Source of the DNA: Podarcis vaucheri
Lineage: Eukaryota
DNA length: 64,000 nt
NCBI GenBank assembly: GCA_965113315.1
Contig: OZ220366.1
Reading direction: 5' to 3' (one strand)
Numbering within the stretch: position 1 is the first letter of the stretch; every line of letters begins with the position of its first letter. Under the pieces are notes generated by a model. It was not told the origin of the DNA. It searched no databases and saw only the letters and a list, made by a program, of their open reading frames with translations. Below, piece after piece: positions 1 through 11,036 of the stretch. A program made the position numbers and the translations under genes.

Positions 1-946
1 TTGTATTTTAATCTGAGTGGGGAGTATTTTTCCAGTCCAAGCGCTGCATTTTCCCTTGGACAATCATTCAGGGACCATTTGCCAACAGAGAGTGTGGCCA
101 AAGTAGACAAACACACTTGCTGTCACACACACCAATAGAAGCTTTTGTTTGCAAGTGAGGAGGTGATACTGAGGGCTAGGCAGGAAGGTCCAACTGGCTG
201 CATCTGGCCCATTAGCAACCAGTCCGTCACATCTAATTTAATGGTTAATTAAGTAAACAGAAGCTCAGTGGTTAAATTTTGCAGAACTGCAGGCCACAGG
301 TGTTGCTGCATCAATGTTAAATCATTAATTTATCTCAATTTTTTAATCAAAAATTTTCAGTATACAAGGGGCTTAAGTGCTACTGAGACTGATTTGAGGA
401 ATTATTTAAAATTACATTTATTACAGAATGATCCTGAATAACAATTTTATCTAGTTACTAACTTGCCTCCTTCCCATGCTTTCAGAGTTTAGGAACTCAA
501 AAGGGGCATATGACAAGTTAATGTTCAAATAACCTAATCTAATCTTTAGATTGTGTTAGCACTAGAATGTCAGAACTTGAAGCCTTTACAAACAGTTTTC
601 ACTATCTTTTTGCTATGATTGCACCCAATTTAGATAATGAAAACAGACCACACTTGGATTTCAAATTTTAAAGGATTTCAAAGGAACGGACCACTATGAC
701 GATCAACATTAATCTAATGTTTTAGGTCATAAAATATGTATTTTAGATGGTTTTGTTCTTTACTTAAATGCATTTACACTAAACATAAAATCAAAATATA
801 CTTGATGGCCCCACCATTTCTTATTTTCATCAACGCGCACATAAAAATGCCTAATAAATACAGACTCAATTCAGCGTTCCTTATGGACCATACAAATCTA
901 AGTCATTGCAAACTATATGAATACAGATAAGCATCTTGCTTCATAT

Positions 947-1087
947 ATCTGAAGAAGTGTATCTGAAGAAGTGTGCATGCACACGAAAGCTTATACCAAG
1001 AACTAACTTAGTTGGTCTTTAAGGTGCTACAGGAAGGAATTTTTTTTATTTTGACTATGGCAGACCAACACGGCTACCCATCTGTAA
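947..1087 (+). mobile_element. Short Penelope-like (PLE) terminal-repeat fragment carrying a hammerhead ribozyme core
   Basis: CTGAAGAA-GTGTGCATGCACAC-GAAAGCTTATAC followed by TTAGTTGGTCTTTAAGGTGCTAC...CAGACCAACACGGCTAC, which resembles reptile Penelope termini. Flanked by the 12-bp direct repeat CTTGCTTCATAT (935-946 and 1088-1099). Confidence 0.7.
959..996 (+). ncRNA. Minimal type I hammerhead ribozyme motif
   Basis: Stem I GTAT(959-962)/ATAC(993-996); core CTGAAGA (963-969); palindromic stem II GTGTGCATGCACAC (971-984); GAAA (985-988); minimal AGCT stem III; UH = TT (991-992). Confidence 0.6.
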
Positions 1088-2620
1088 CTTGCTTCATATG
1101 TGATTAATAAATTTCTTAGTGAGCATTGCACACTGCTTTCATCACAAACATTTTAAAAAGCAATTATCGTTCCATGAATTGATTCTCAACTGCAGTTCCT
1201 GCACAAAAACATACAGAATACCTAAGTCTGGTTCTAGATCATATGAAATCACTGTGTCAATATGCCTACAAGTGGCCCCATTTTCCTCCAAAAATCAAAA
1301 CCAGAACAAGACATCTTTGCTAGCTCCAAATATTCTATGCACATGACTCAAAACTGATTACTCAGAATTTGTTATTCTGTTATTTATTTATCTTCAAATT
1401 ACATTCTGCACTGGTAAATATGCATGTAACCCACATGGAGGGATATATAACACCAACAATAAGTTTTAAAGTGATAAATATCTGTTTCACTTTTAGATAT
1501 AATGACATTAGTCTTAGACATTTGTAGGGAAGTATTCCACATTGAACAAAATGCATCTTCAGGGATTACTATTTCCAAATCCCTTTTCCTCAAACCATTA
1601 CTTCTCTGGACCTGAGGTATTAGTTTTTTCAATTTTGTGATGTCTGTCTTGGCCACATACCATCACTATTGATCGATTACATGACTAATTTCAATAATAA
1701 TAATAATTTTGCACCCCGCTCATCTGCCTGGGTTGTCCAGACATTCTGGGCAACAAAAAACAAGTTTTTGTCTTGGTTTATTATTCTTGTTACCTGATCA
1801 TATAAAATTCCTGAGCCATTTAATGCCCTCTAAATTCAGAGAGTTCCTTTTACCCCTAAATGAACATATACATAAATAGCTGGTATTGATCTATTATTCA
1901 CAATAGAATTACATAAATGGAGGGGGGGATCCTGAACATAGGAATGCTTTGTTCCCCTCCCCAACTCTGAAAAATGGCTTTTACTCAGTTGTTATAGCAA
2001 AACTCTCGTTTCAATCAATCATTTCAATACAGCTTCCCGCAATGCTTTCCATTTCATTCTATTAAGATTCAAATCCTTATACCATTCTTTAAACATTTAT
2101 AATTTAGCTCTGTGCTAATATTTAACACTCCTGAGAACTTCATGTCTCCTGCATTCAGTGGTTTACATAATGTGGAAATCACTATTCTAGCATTATCTCC
2201 TATTCCAAACAAACTTACCACAAAGCTTTTATCAAACTTGCAAAGTCAGCTTTTTCACTTATAAAGGAACACTTAGAAGTAGAAATAAGATTTTTTTTGG
2301 CTGAATGTTCCATTTATCAGCAGCTGTTGTGCTTCAGTTTAATTTACATCAGTGTTCTCTAGACTATTTTTCACTGACCAAAACATTATTATGATTAATA
2401 CTTTTTCAAGGGAGAAAAAGAAAGAAAAGAAATCCATATCCCTAAATATTTCACATACGGTAGTTTTTCAAAAGTATTTTACAAATCTAGGAGAGCCAGT
2501 GCCTTGAAGTTTGATCCTAACCATACTGAATTGTTTACAAAATCTGATGCAGGTATATAATGAAAATGTTGTAGTGTATCAGACACTTAAAATTATATCT
2601 AATTGTCTGCAAAAACTTTA

Positions 2621-2663
2621 AAGGTAAAGGTAAAGGGACCCCTGACCATTAAGTCCGCGTCCC
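2621..2663 (-). mobile_element. Internally deleted Sauria SINE (43 bp, both termini retained)
   Basis: SINE tail AAGGTAAAGGTAAAGGGACCCCTGACCATT joined to the SINE head CGCGTCCC (reverse complement of GGGACGCG). Perfect TSD GCAAAAACTTTA at 2609-2620 and 2664-2675. Confidence 0.75.
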
Positions 2664-3432
2664 GCAAAAACTTTACACTTAATATAAAAAGGCTACACAA
2701 CATATGAAACAATTTAACACACTAAAGATAAAACAGGACCACAGGAATTCATAAGAAAACTACCTCTCTTAGGAAAAAAAGCAATGACAAGAAAATCAAC
2801 ATCTCATTCAGCCTACAAAAGCAAGTCCAAACAAAACCTTACTATATCCCCTAAAAAAAAAATCTACTCAGGCAAGGGCTCAAGCTGGCTTCCCATAGAA
2901 GAGAGGATATAGAAAACAACAATGCTTGGTACAAATCTTAGGTGTGGAACCTGTGGCCCTCCAGATGTTGCTCAACGACAACGCCCATCGCTCCTAACCA
3001 CTGGCCATGCTGGTTGGGTTTTATAGGAATTTGTCTTCATCACTTGCAGAGTCACAGGTTCCCCACCTCTGATGATATGCTATCCAGTTGCTATGGCCAG
3101 CCTTCAACAGTTCCACTCACCATAGCTAATACAGGGCTGCTCTCTAGCAAGCATGACAAACGGCTAGTATTGTCCACAACTTTGAAGATGCAGATGGAGG
3201 AACAGATTGCCTCAGTAGTTGAGCAGCAACACATTTGCAGCTGTGCAATAGGTTGGGGGCTGTTTGGCACCTTCATGGACAAGACATCTGGAAAACTTTT
3301 GCCGTGCTAAACTGACAACCCCAAATAAGACTTTCTTTCTCCGGGAAAGGCTGTGAGGCTGGGTCTTAGGTGCTGCTCCTTGCAGGTGATCAAGCAGCAG
3401 CACATATCCACTTCCCTCTGCCTGAGTAGATA

Positions 3433-3802
3433 ACGGTAAAGGACCCCTGGATGGTTAAGTCCAGACAAAGGCGACTATGGGATGTGGCGCTCATCTCGCT
3501 TCAGGCTGAGGGAGCCAGAGTTTGTCCACAGACAGCTTTCTGGGTCACGTGACCAGCATGACTAAACTGCTTCTGGCAGAACAGAACACCGTGACGGAAA
3601 CCAGAGTGCACGGAAGCACTGTTTACCTTCCTGCCACAGTGGTACCTATTTATCTACTTGCACTGGTGTGCTTTCGAACTACAAGGTTGGCAGGAGCTGG
3701 GACAGAGCAACAGGAGTTCACCACCGCTGAGCAGATTCGAACCACCGACCTTCCAATCAGCAAGCCCAAGAGGCTCTGTGTTTAGACCACAGCACCCACA
3801 TG
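3433..3802 (-). mobile_element. Sauria SINE
   Basis: GGTAAAGGACCCCTG tail, ACCTATTTATCTACTTGCAC core, GATTCGAACC B-box; TSD TGCCTGAGTA(G/C)ATA. Confidence 0.85.
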
Positions 3803-6102
3803 TGCCTGAGTACATACCTACCAAGTAGTAGGAAAAAGCTGTACTGTAATTGTTTTAACATGCTAAGGTGAATTGTTTGGAGTTCCACAACAGGAAGTGA
3901 AAACCATTTAGTTGCAAGCCCTTTCTTCTCAAAAAAGCTCAGTATTCCCAAGACACAAACCACAGCAATAAAAAAACACAAAGTGCATACATGGCCAAGA
4001 AGAGGGATATAAGATCCCAGAGTTTTCACATTACTATTGCTTTCTGGGAAGAATTTGCTTAACCTTCAAAACCCTTAGTGACTGACGCCTGCTGCGTGTC
4101 TCCCTGAGATGCTGATCTGTCAGCCAAGCATAATGTTTTGGTGAGGCTCTGAACAAAAGAGTAAATAATAAAATGAGAGAACAAAGAAAAAGAATGAACT
4201 AGGCAAGGACACAAAATGCATTTGGAATTAGATTTGGGGAAAGGTTTAACAAAAAATGCCTTTGCCCACACTGGATAGTGCCTTGCAAAACGCAGGCTCA
4301 CATTTTGCATACTAAGACAAAGTGTCACAGAACTTGTTGTTGATGGAACTGCCCACTATTATCACTGCAGCAAGAACTAAAAAACAACAATCCTGCCGCA
4401 TTGTAGTTTTCCTGTGGAGCCCAATAAAACACTTCCTTCCTCTCAGAATATATTCCCTTTCAGAATACTCCCAATAGGGCACTGGTGGGGAATGTCCAGC
4501 TCATGGGCCTAATTATGAGTGCCAGGCTGTTCCGGGCAAACCATGCACATGTTTCATCATATACAATGTCAGACATGAGAAAGTTCAAGCTGCAACTAAT
4601 AGGAAGAAGTATCAGATTTGTAAGTGTACTGCAACAGAGAAATGTGCCAAACTAAAGAAGTGCCAACTTTTTTTTGGATAAAAATTAATAACTGGAAGAA
4701 CACTTAAGAGTGTGCTCTTAATTTTTCCTTTGCAGCCACATGCTGAATTCAAGCCATGCCTGCAAAGAAACATTTTTCATATTCTTTTGCAGGTGTGATT
4801 TAAGTTCAGGCTGCATCTACAAAAGAATTCAAGCCACAGCTACCAAGGGAAAAAGTTCATTTGCAGGCCTAACCTGGATGTAAACCACACCAGCAAAGGA
4901 AGAACAGGAAATGCACTTAGAATACACTCCTAATTCTTCCTTTTTTAACAGAATCATGGTGACATCAGGTGACTGACACCTGTCAGTCTTACTCACATGC
5001 CAAAGTGACCCACTACAGGTGTAGAATTACAGAACTGCAGAGTTGGAAGGGACCACAAGAGTCACCACCTCGCTGAAGTTAAGGAGGTCTGGGTTCAGTC
5101 AGTGCCTGAACAGATGACAGCCCTCAAAACAACATTATACATCGCCTTTGGGTCCATGATAGAAAAAAGGCAGGATATACAGGTAAGCATATAGATAAAT
5201 AAATTGCTAAATCATGAAACCTTGTTTTGAAGTGAGCATTATTGTTCTAAAGTTAGCATTAAGTTGTCTAGATAGGATGGCACGGCAAATTGTGATTAGA
5301 CAAAACCTGGAAATTTCAGTGGGCTGGAGGATGAGCCTTTGGGCCTGCTCCCAATAAGCCATGGTTTGGCGAATCAATTCAGAAGATCTAAATTGGCCCA
5401 AGGAATGGTCTGAAAACAGGCGATGCAGCTGCTGTTCAGTACCTGGGCAGGAAATCATCTGCATACTTTACGTATGCCAGCTTGAGCTGCTGGAAGAATA
5501 TAATGAATGCTTAAATAGACTGAGGCACTGACACTGGTCAACTTTTCCCTGGATCCTCCCCTTGTTTTCCTGGTAAGGAACTTGCCTGCAACAGCTGCAC
5601 CACACACAGAAATGAAGAGGTGGTGTTTCGTCCTCACATCTGTTGAGCTTCTGCCTGCCCAGGAGTTGAACCCTACCTTTCCTAACCATATTTACCAACT
5701 CAATACACCCCTAAAACACACATACACACCCCTCCTCCTGAAATGCAGTCGACTAATAAGTTTTATATACCAGTCCTTCTCCACTGGCCCTTAACCCTTT
5801 GGGGAAGCTCCTCAGAAGCCCCTCCACACCCCCAGGTCCTCAGTTACCCGGATTCTTCCGCTTGTTTTGGCCCCCGCCCCACCTCCGGCCTTGCGAAAGG
5901 CAAGTCAGTGACGTCACACAAACACACCGGGGAAGGGCAGCGGGCTTCCTTCTCCTGTCCCCCCCCCAGCCCCACCTCCCACCCCGCGTTCCTCACGGCT
6001 AGGAGCGAAAGAGCAGCGGCGGGAGGAGGAGGCGGCGCCCGCCCTCCCGCGCTTGTTGTTTGGTTTGGCGCGGCGTGCAGGTGCCTCTCCGTCGTCACTC
6101 AC

Positions 6103-6208
6103 CGAAGTCCAGGAACTGCTTGATGGAGAGCGGCGACGGGGAGAAGCGGGAGTAGTACTCGATCTGTTTGGGGATGGGGCTCTTCAGGAGCGCCCCGCAC
6201 AGCCGCAT
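6103..6208 (-). CDS. PDK3: Pyruvate dehydrogenase kinase 3, first coding exon (gene continues beyond window start; intron 1 covers 1-6102)
   Basis: MRLCGALLKSPIPKQIEYYSRFSPSPLSIKQFLDF+G matches the PDK3 N-terminus. 106-nt coding exon ends at donor G|GTGAGT (6102). Kozak GCCATG. Lies downstream of ZFX on the same strand, as in human Xp22.11. Confidence 0.95.
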
Positions 6209-6300
6209 GGCGCTGCTGGGTCGGTCGGCCGGCCGGCAGGTCGGTGGGTGAGGGAGACGGAGAGGAGCAGGAAGGAGAGGGGAAGGCGCGTGCGCGCGCA

Positions 6301-6324
6301 CAGCAGCAGCAGCAGCAGCAGCAG
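6301..6324. repeat. (CAG)8 / (CTG)8 trinucleotide repeat upstream of the PDK3 ATG
   Basis: Read directly: cagcagcagcagcagcagcagcag. Confidence 0.95.
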
Positions 6325-8158
6325 CGCCTGCGGGGCCCCTGGACGAACCGGCCGAGCAACTGCCTGGCGGCGCGTGCGGAGACTCACGCACGCAAAACAC
6401 CGCGGGCGCGCGGGAGGGGGCGGGGAGGCGAAGGCGCTCGCAACTGTCACCGCGGCCCAGCAGCTCCTCGCTGCCGGCCTAGCGGAAGGCGGCGGTATCG
6501 GCCTCTTTGCCCTCCACACGACGGCCGCCCCCTCGTGTATCAAGGGGCCGGGCGCACCGCTGCAGCTCGACCCGGCCGGTATCCCCCGGCCCGGCAGCGA
6601 CGGCGAGCGCCCGCCTCCTGGCCTTACGCGGCCTTCTGACTGGGCGACGAGCAGCCAGCATTGCCGCCGCCGCTGCCGCCTTCCTTGGCCTTTCTCGGTC
6701 GCCCGAGTAAGCGCCGCCTGCCATCACCATGACGCCCAAAGGCATGCGCACGCGCCGATGGGCGCCGGTTGATTTCCGGGCCTACAGCTCGATTTGAAAG
6801 TGAGGAGACCGGGGCACGTGTGGTTTCAGGCACATAACACGGATCGCAGCCTGAGGGCAAGATGCCCTTCTGCTTTTCTTTATTCTCCAAGAGCTTGTCC
6901 TGCTTCTTCACCCACCACCACAAACAATGCTTAAGAGCAGGGATGAAGGATTTGTTGCCTTCCAGATCAGTCTTTCTCAACCTGGTGGTGGGGTGTCCCA
7001 CATGTTGTTGAACTACAACTCCCATCATCCATTGCCAGCAGGGGCAGCAGTCAGGGATGATGGTAGTCCAAACCTATGACCAGAACTGGAATCATCATGT
7101 ACACTTCGGAAACCATGATCTACGTCATATCACACACCTTCAGCTATCTTAAATATTACTATCCATTTCTGGACTGTCTTAAAATTTCCTTCCCTTGAGC
7201 CAATGTTTCGTAACAACCAACCCCTGATATTAAAAATGGAACAATTTCTCCTTAAGGGATACATTAGCCTGTGGTTTCTACAAGGATGCTGACCGGCCCA
7301 AGAGAAAATAACAAACATTAGAGGCATGGAAACAGGCAGAGAAGGAAAGCAAAAGGAATCTAGCTAAGTCAAAGATGATTCCACTCTTGTACACATCCAC
7401 CTGGTGTAAAACAGGCTTAAAGAAGAGAGGTGATGCATGGAACAATCTCGTGGGAGAAAGGCTTAACAATTTGGGCATCTACAAGATGCACAGTTATAAG
7501 AAAGAAGCTTCCTAGATCCATCCACCTTAAGGACAGGGGATGGACAGAAGGGACATGAAGTGCAAATTAACTCAAGTTCTGTAGCAAGGTGTATCAATAC
7601 AACTTTCCCTCCTCAGAATAGCAGGGTAGTCATGATGGGTCTCTGGCCAATGAGAACTGACAACCAGCTGACTAAGGTATCCATTGTGGGGAAAGGCAGT
7701 GGCACTTTCCTAGCAAACTCAGTCTAATTACTGATGAAAGATGCTTGCTGGAGGAAACCTTCAGGGGAAATTAATGGCTGAATAAGGATATACACCAAGG
7801 TTCTGGGGACTAATTAGGTATCTGCCTATTCACCTTGCTCTTGCTGCTGCTGTGGGAGGTCATTCAGCTGAAAACAATGTTGCCTCCTCTGTTGCTTCCA
7901 AGTACCCCAATGCGCACACAGTGAAGAATCGTTAAATGGTTCTGAGGCATGTGTAGAATTCCAGTGAAAATGAACTTCTTGGTAATACATGAAATCCATA
8001 GCTCATACAATCCCCAGAAGAAGCATTTGAGTCCTGCTGTGGGACCAACACGCAGCACGCAGCTTGTTTTCTTGCAGAAAGTTAGGCAGACAAACTGACA
8101 AGATCCATTTCCAAATATTTCAGTTCAGAAGAGTGATAAATACAAGCTTCTGATCTTC

Positions 8159-8470
8159 ATGGTGGGACTGATTGGGCTGCTGTTGCTGAGGACTTGGTCT
8201 GCAACAATGGATTTAACCTTGGGTGAAGCTTGGAGCCAATGGAAGATCACACATTCTAAAGAATACTCCCCAGAGGAAGAGGAACACCGGAGAATTGTGT
8301 GGGAGAACAACTGGAAAATGATTGAGCAACACAACCGTGAGACTGCGCAAGGGAAACACACCTACACAATGGGAATGAACCAATTTGCCGATTTGACTGA
8401 TGAAGAGTTTAATCAAAAAATGGTTAATAATAATAATAATAAAGTTATTACTTATACCCCACCCATCTGA
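8159..8470 (+). CDS. Intronless cathepsin L propeptide-only ORF (signal peptide + I29 inhibitor domain; CTLA-2-like). Functional retrogene or truncated processed pseudogene
   Basis: Hydrophobic leader MVGLIGLLLLRTWSA; WxxWK..H.K.Y; exact ERWNIN spacing (EEEHRRIVWENNWKMIEQHN); GxNxFxD (GMNQFAD); LTDEEF. No mature protease domain nearby. No introns where vertebrate CTSL genes have them. Confidence 0.75.
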   Translation: MVGLIGLLLLRTWSATMDLTLGEAWSQWKITHSKEYSPEEEEHRRIVWENNWKMIEQHNRETAQGKHTYTMGMNQFADLTDEEFNQKMVNNNNNKVITYTPPI

Positions 8471-8496
8471 CTGGGTTTCCCAAGCCACTTTGGGCT
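8425..8496 (-). mobile_element. 3' tail fragment of a LINE-like repeat with an (AAT)n tail; supplies the C-terminus and stop of the I29 ORF
   Basis: (AAT)n...TATACCCCACCCATCTGACTGGGTTTCCCAAGCCACT; the same motif recurs at ~1694-1755 and ~34666-34752. Confidence 0.7.
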
Positions 8497-10626
8497 TAGG
8501 TTCAGTCCTGAGTCATATTCAGTAATCAATGAATAATGTTTCTGGCAAACTCAAGGTCATTAGATGAAGTAAGTTTTTAAGTGTAATTGTTTTTTAGAAT
8601 GTTTTGATCTGTTTCTATTTCATTTTTGTTTTTAAATTGTATATCCGTTTGTTGTCCTGGGCTCCTTGAGGAAGGGTAGGATATAAATTCAATTATTAAT
8701 AATAATAATAATAATATGATGGACAAAGAAAACTATAAACTCCAACAGCAATCTCACAAGACTGCACACAGTGAGATGCCTGGTAGTTCTAGGAGAGCCC
8801 AGTGTGCAGTAGGAAGCAGGTAATTTGAATGCAAGTCCCACTACTGGGAGATGGTGAGATTACCTCCACAAGCAGAGCACAGCTTTTGGATGTCATGCCA
8901 CCAATGATAAATTTGAGTGGAAAAATAAGAATTGGCAGGACAAGAACCTACGTCTCCTTCTTCAAAGAACTACACCCTCATCCTGCAAACAGATGGGAGG
9001 GAGACACACAATGGAGCCCATCTAGTCTTCCTAGACCCAGCCTATGATATGCTTCACCATAAAAATCTGAAGAGGCTCTGTGCAGAGCTATCGCTCACTG
9101 ATGCTTCTGTGGGTCTTGTTGAACTGTTGCTAAGAACATGCTTAAACTACACTGGTATTTACTCTTGCACAAGGACACTCTGGCATAATGGAATCACAAA
9201 ATGGCTTTATTTAAAAAGAAAAATTAGAAGAAAAACCCAGTTTCAAATGGTTACTCATAAGTGCATCTCACTGATTTCAGTGAGGGTTATTTTCAAGTCA
9301 GTTTTCATAGGATTGCAGTCCCTAGTTCATGTTATTGGTGAGTTAAAATTATTGTGTGATACAGATTTTCCAGCATATATAGAGTTATTCTTGTGCTATT
9401 CCTGCCCCCAAACATAGCATTTCATAACTATGATAATTTATATACAAATGTATGCTAGGTAGGCACAAAGTTTCTTGTCATGCTTTTTTGTAGTTAAATA
9501 ATCAGGATTATTTAATTATTTTCTGAACCAAACATTCAGGATGTCAACTTGCCATCTGTAAGCTCTTAGGAAAACATTTTCTTCTTTCTAATAAAGCACT
9601 TGGTGGCCTTGCAAGCCGACAGTTGGCATCTGATGTAATAAACTTTGAGTAATAAATTTTAGGGCGATATCAAAGCGGTTGAATTGTAGGTTAGATCAGA
9701 AAACAAGGAGCAAGTGCTGAACATTTTACTCCAGCTCTTGCTGAAACATTTAGTTCATAACATCTTGACGAAAAGGTTGTTCTTAGAATTATTGTCATTC
9801 CCCTTGAGAATCATCAAGTTCAGACTCTCAAATATTGAGAACAGAAAATACATTTGAAAAGTTAACAATACTGACCAGTAACCTGGGGGTGGGGGTGGAG
9901 CGTGTAAGGAGTAGAGTCAGACCAAGAAGAAAGAATTACGGTCTGAAACTGCATTTTACAAAATTACAGAAAAAGAGATAGAGAAACAAGATACCAGGGA
10001 ATTATACAGTTGCCCATCTGGAGCATCTGTCTCTTACAAATTATATTTTCACAGTGTTCATTTTTCTCAACAATATTCTAAGAAAAACTGCTAGGAAAAG
10101 TACAGTTCTTTTCAGCTGGATTATAGCAATAGATGGTCAAAAGGTATAAGAGCCACCAGGAGATCACTTCTTGCCCATTTTCTGAAGAGAGGAGACAATG
10201 CCAACATTCACGCTCCCCCAACTTAAAAACCCATCACTGTTTTCAATCACTTATCCTTTTGCCTATGGTGCTTGAAAGATAGGAAGGATGCTGCTGAGAA
10301 GAAACTACAGCTAAAATAATAATAAATGCACAGTAAAAAAAACCTTTCTCATTTCAGGCCTACCTGTAAGTCTGTACTTTATACATAAGCTACCTCACCT
10401 CATCCCAGATGATGTGTTGAATTTTGTTTTGTTGATTTTGGACCAGTTTTCCATTCTATCAATATCATTTCAAAGTTTATTTTCATCCCTCCTCTTTTTG
10501 TGTCATCTGCAAAGTTGACAAGGATCTCCTCTAGCCCTTCATCTAAATCACGAAAATTAAGATAAATTACATCAACATAATTCCCACAAAAAGAGATATG
10601 ATTAGTCCGGCAGGTTTTATTATTGA

Positions 10627-10805
10627 GCGCTGCTCTGGTTTTGCCAGAAGAGGCTTAGTCATGCTGGCCACATGACCCGGAAAAACTGTCTGCAGAAGCG
10701 GACAAATGCCAGCTCCTTCAGCCTTTAAAGCAAAATGAGCTCCGCAACCCCAGAGTTGTTCATGACTAGACTTAATTGTCAGGGGTCCCTTTACCTTTAC
10801 CTTTA
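10627..10805 (+). mobile_element. Sauria SINE, 3' half
   Basis: GGCTTAGTCATGCTGGCCACATGACCCGG...GTCAGGGGTCCCTTTACCTTTACCTTT tail. Confidence 0.8.
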
Positions 10806-11036
10806 TGCTGGCTTCTACTAATCACTGCATTGTTATCAATATGCTTACAAACTGAAACCTTGCTCTAGTATCTCCCCTGGTATCGAAGTCAGACTGAGTG
10901 ATCTGTTGTTTCCTGGATCTTTCTGTGCCTCTTTTTTGTAAACTGGAATCTTCACTGGAAGACTTCCTCTACTCTCTGAGGTGAGGCAAGTACCTATGAG
11001 AAGCTATTAGAAGCTATTAGAAAGCCTTTTGAGTAG

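Larger units (their letters stand above)
5850..6850. promoter_or_regulatory. CpG island / PDK3 promoter (possibly bidirectional)
   Basis: Very GC- and CpG-rich relative to flanks. GC box GGGGCGGGG at ~6417-6425, NRF1-like GCATGCGCACGCGC at ~6742-6755, ETS-like TTTCCGG at ~6773, palindromic CRE TGACGTCA at 5909-5916. Overlaps PDK3 exon 1. Confidence 0.85.

Noticed and set aside
6476-6482. GGCCTAG ZFX-type motif in the PDK3 island, suggesting regulation by the neighbouring gene
   Set aside because: Short motif common in CpG islands; ZFX acts in trans, so proximity is uninformative.
6053-6772. 239-aa + strand ORF and other overlapping ORFs in the CpG island
   Set aside because: Low-complexity GC-rich translations with no recognisable domain; stop codons are simply rare in the island.
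7730-7765. CTGATGA...GAAAC hammerhead-like core
   Set aside because: The intervening sequence does not form a stem II closing at GAAA, and no stem I pairing is evident.
8716-9417. Possible continuation of cathepsin sequence and the 161-aa ORF at 8932-9417
   Set aside because: No DWR, QGxCGSCW or other papain-family motif in the frames examined; no recognisable homology.
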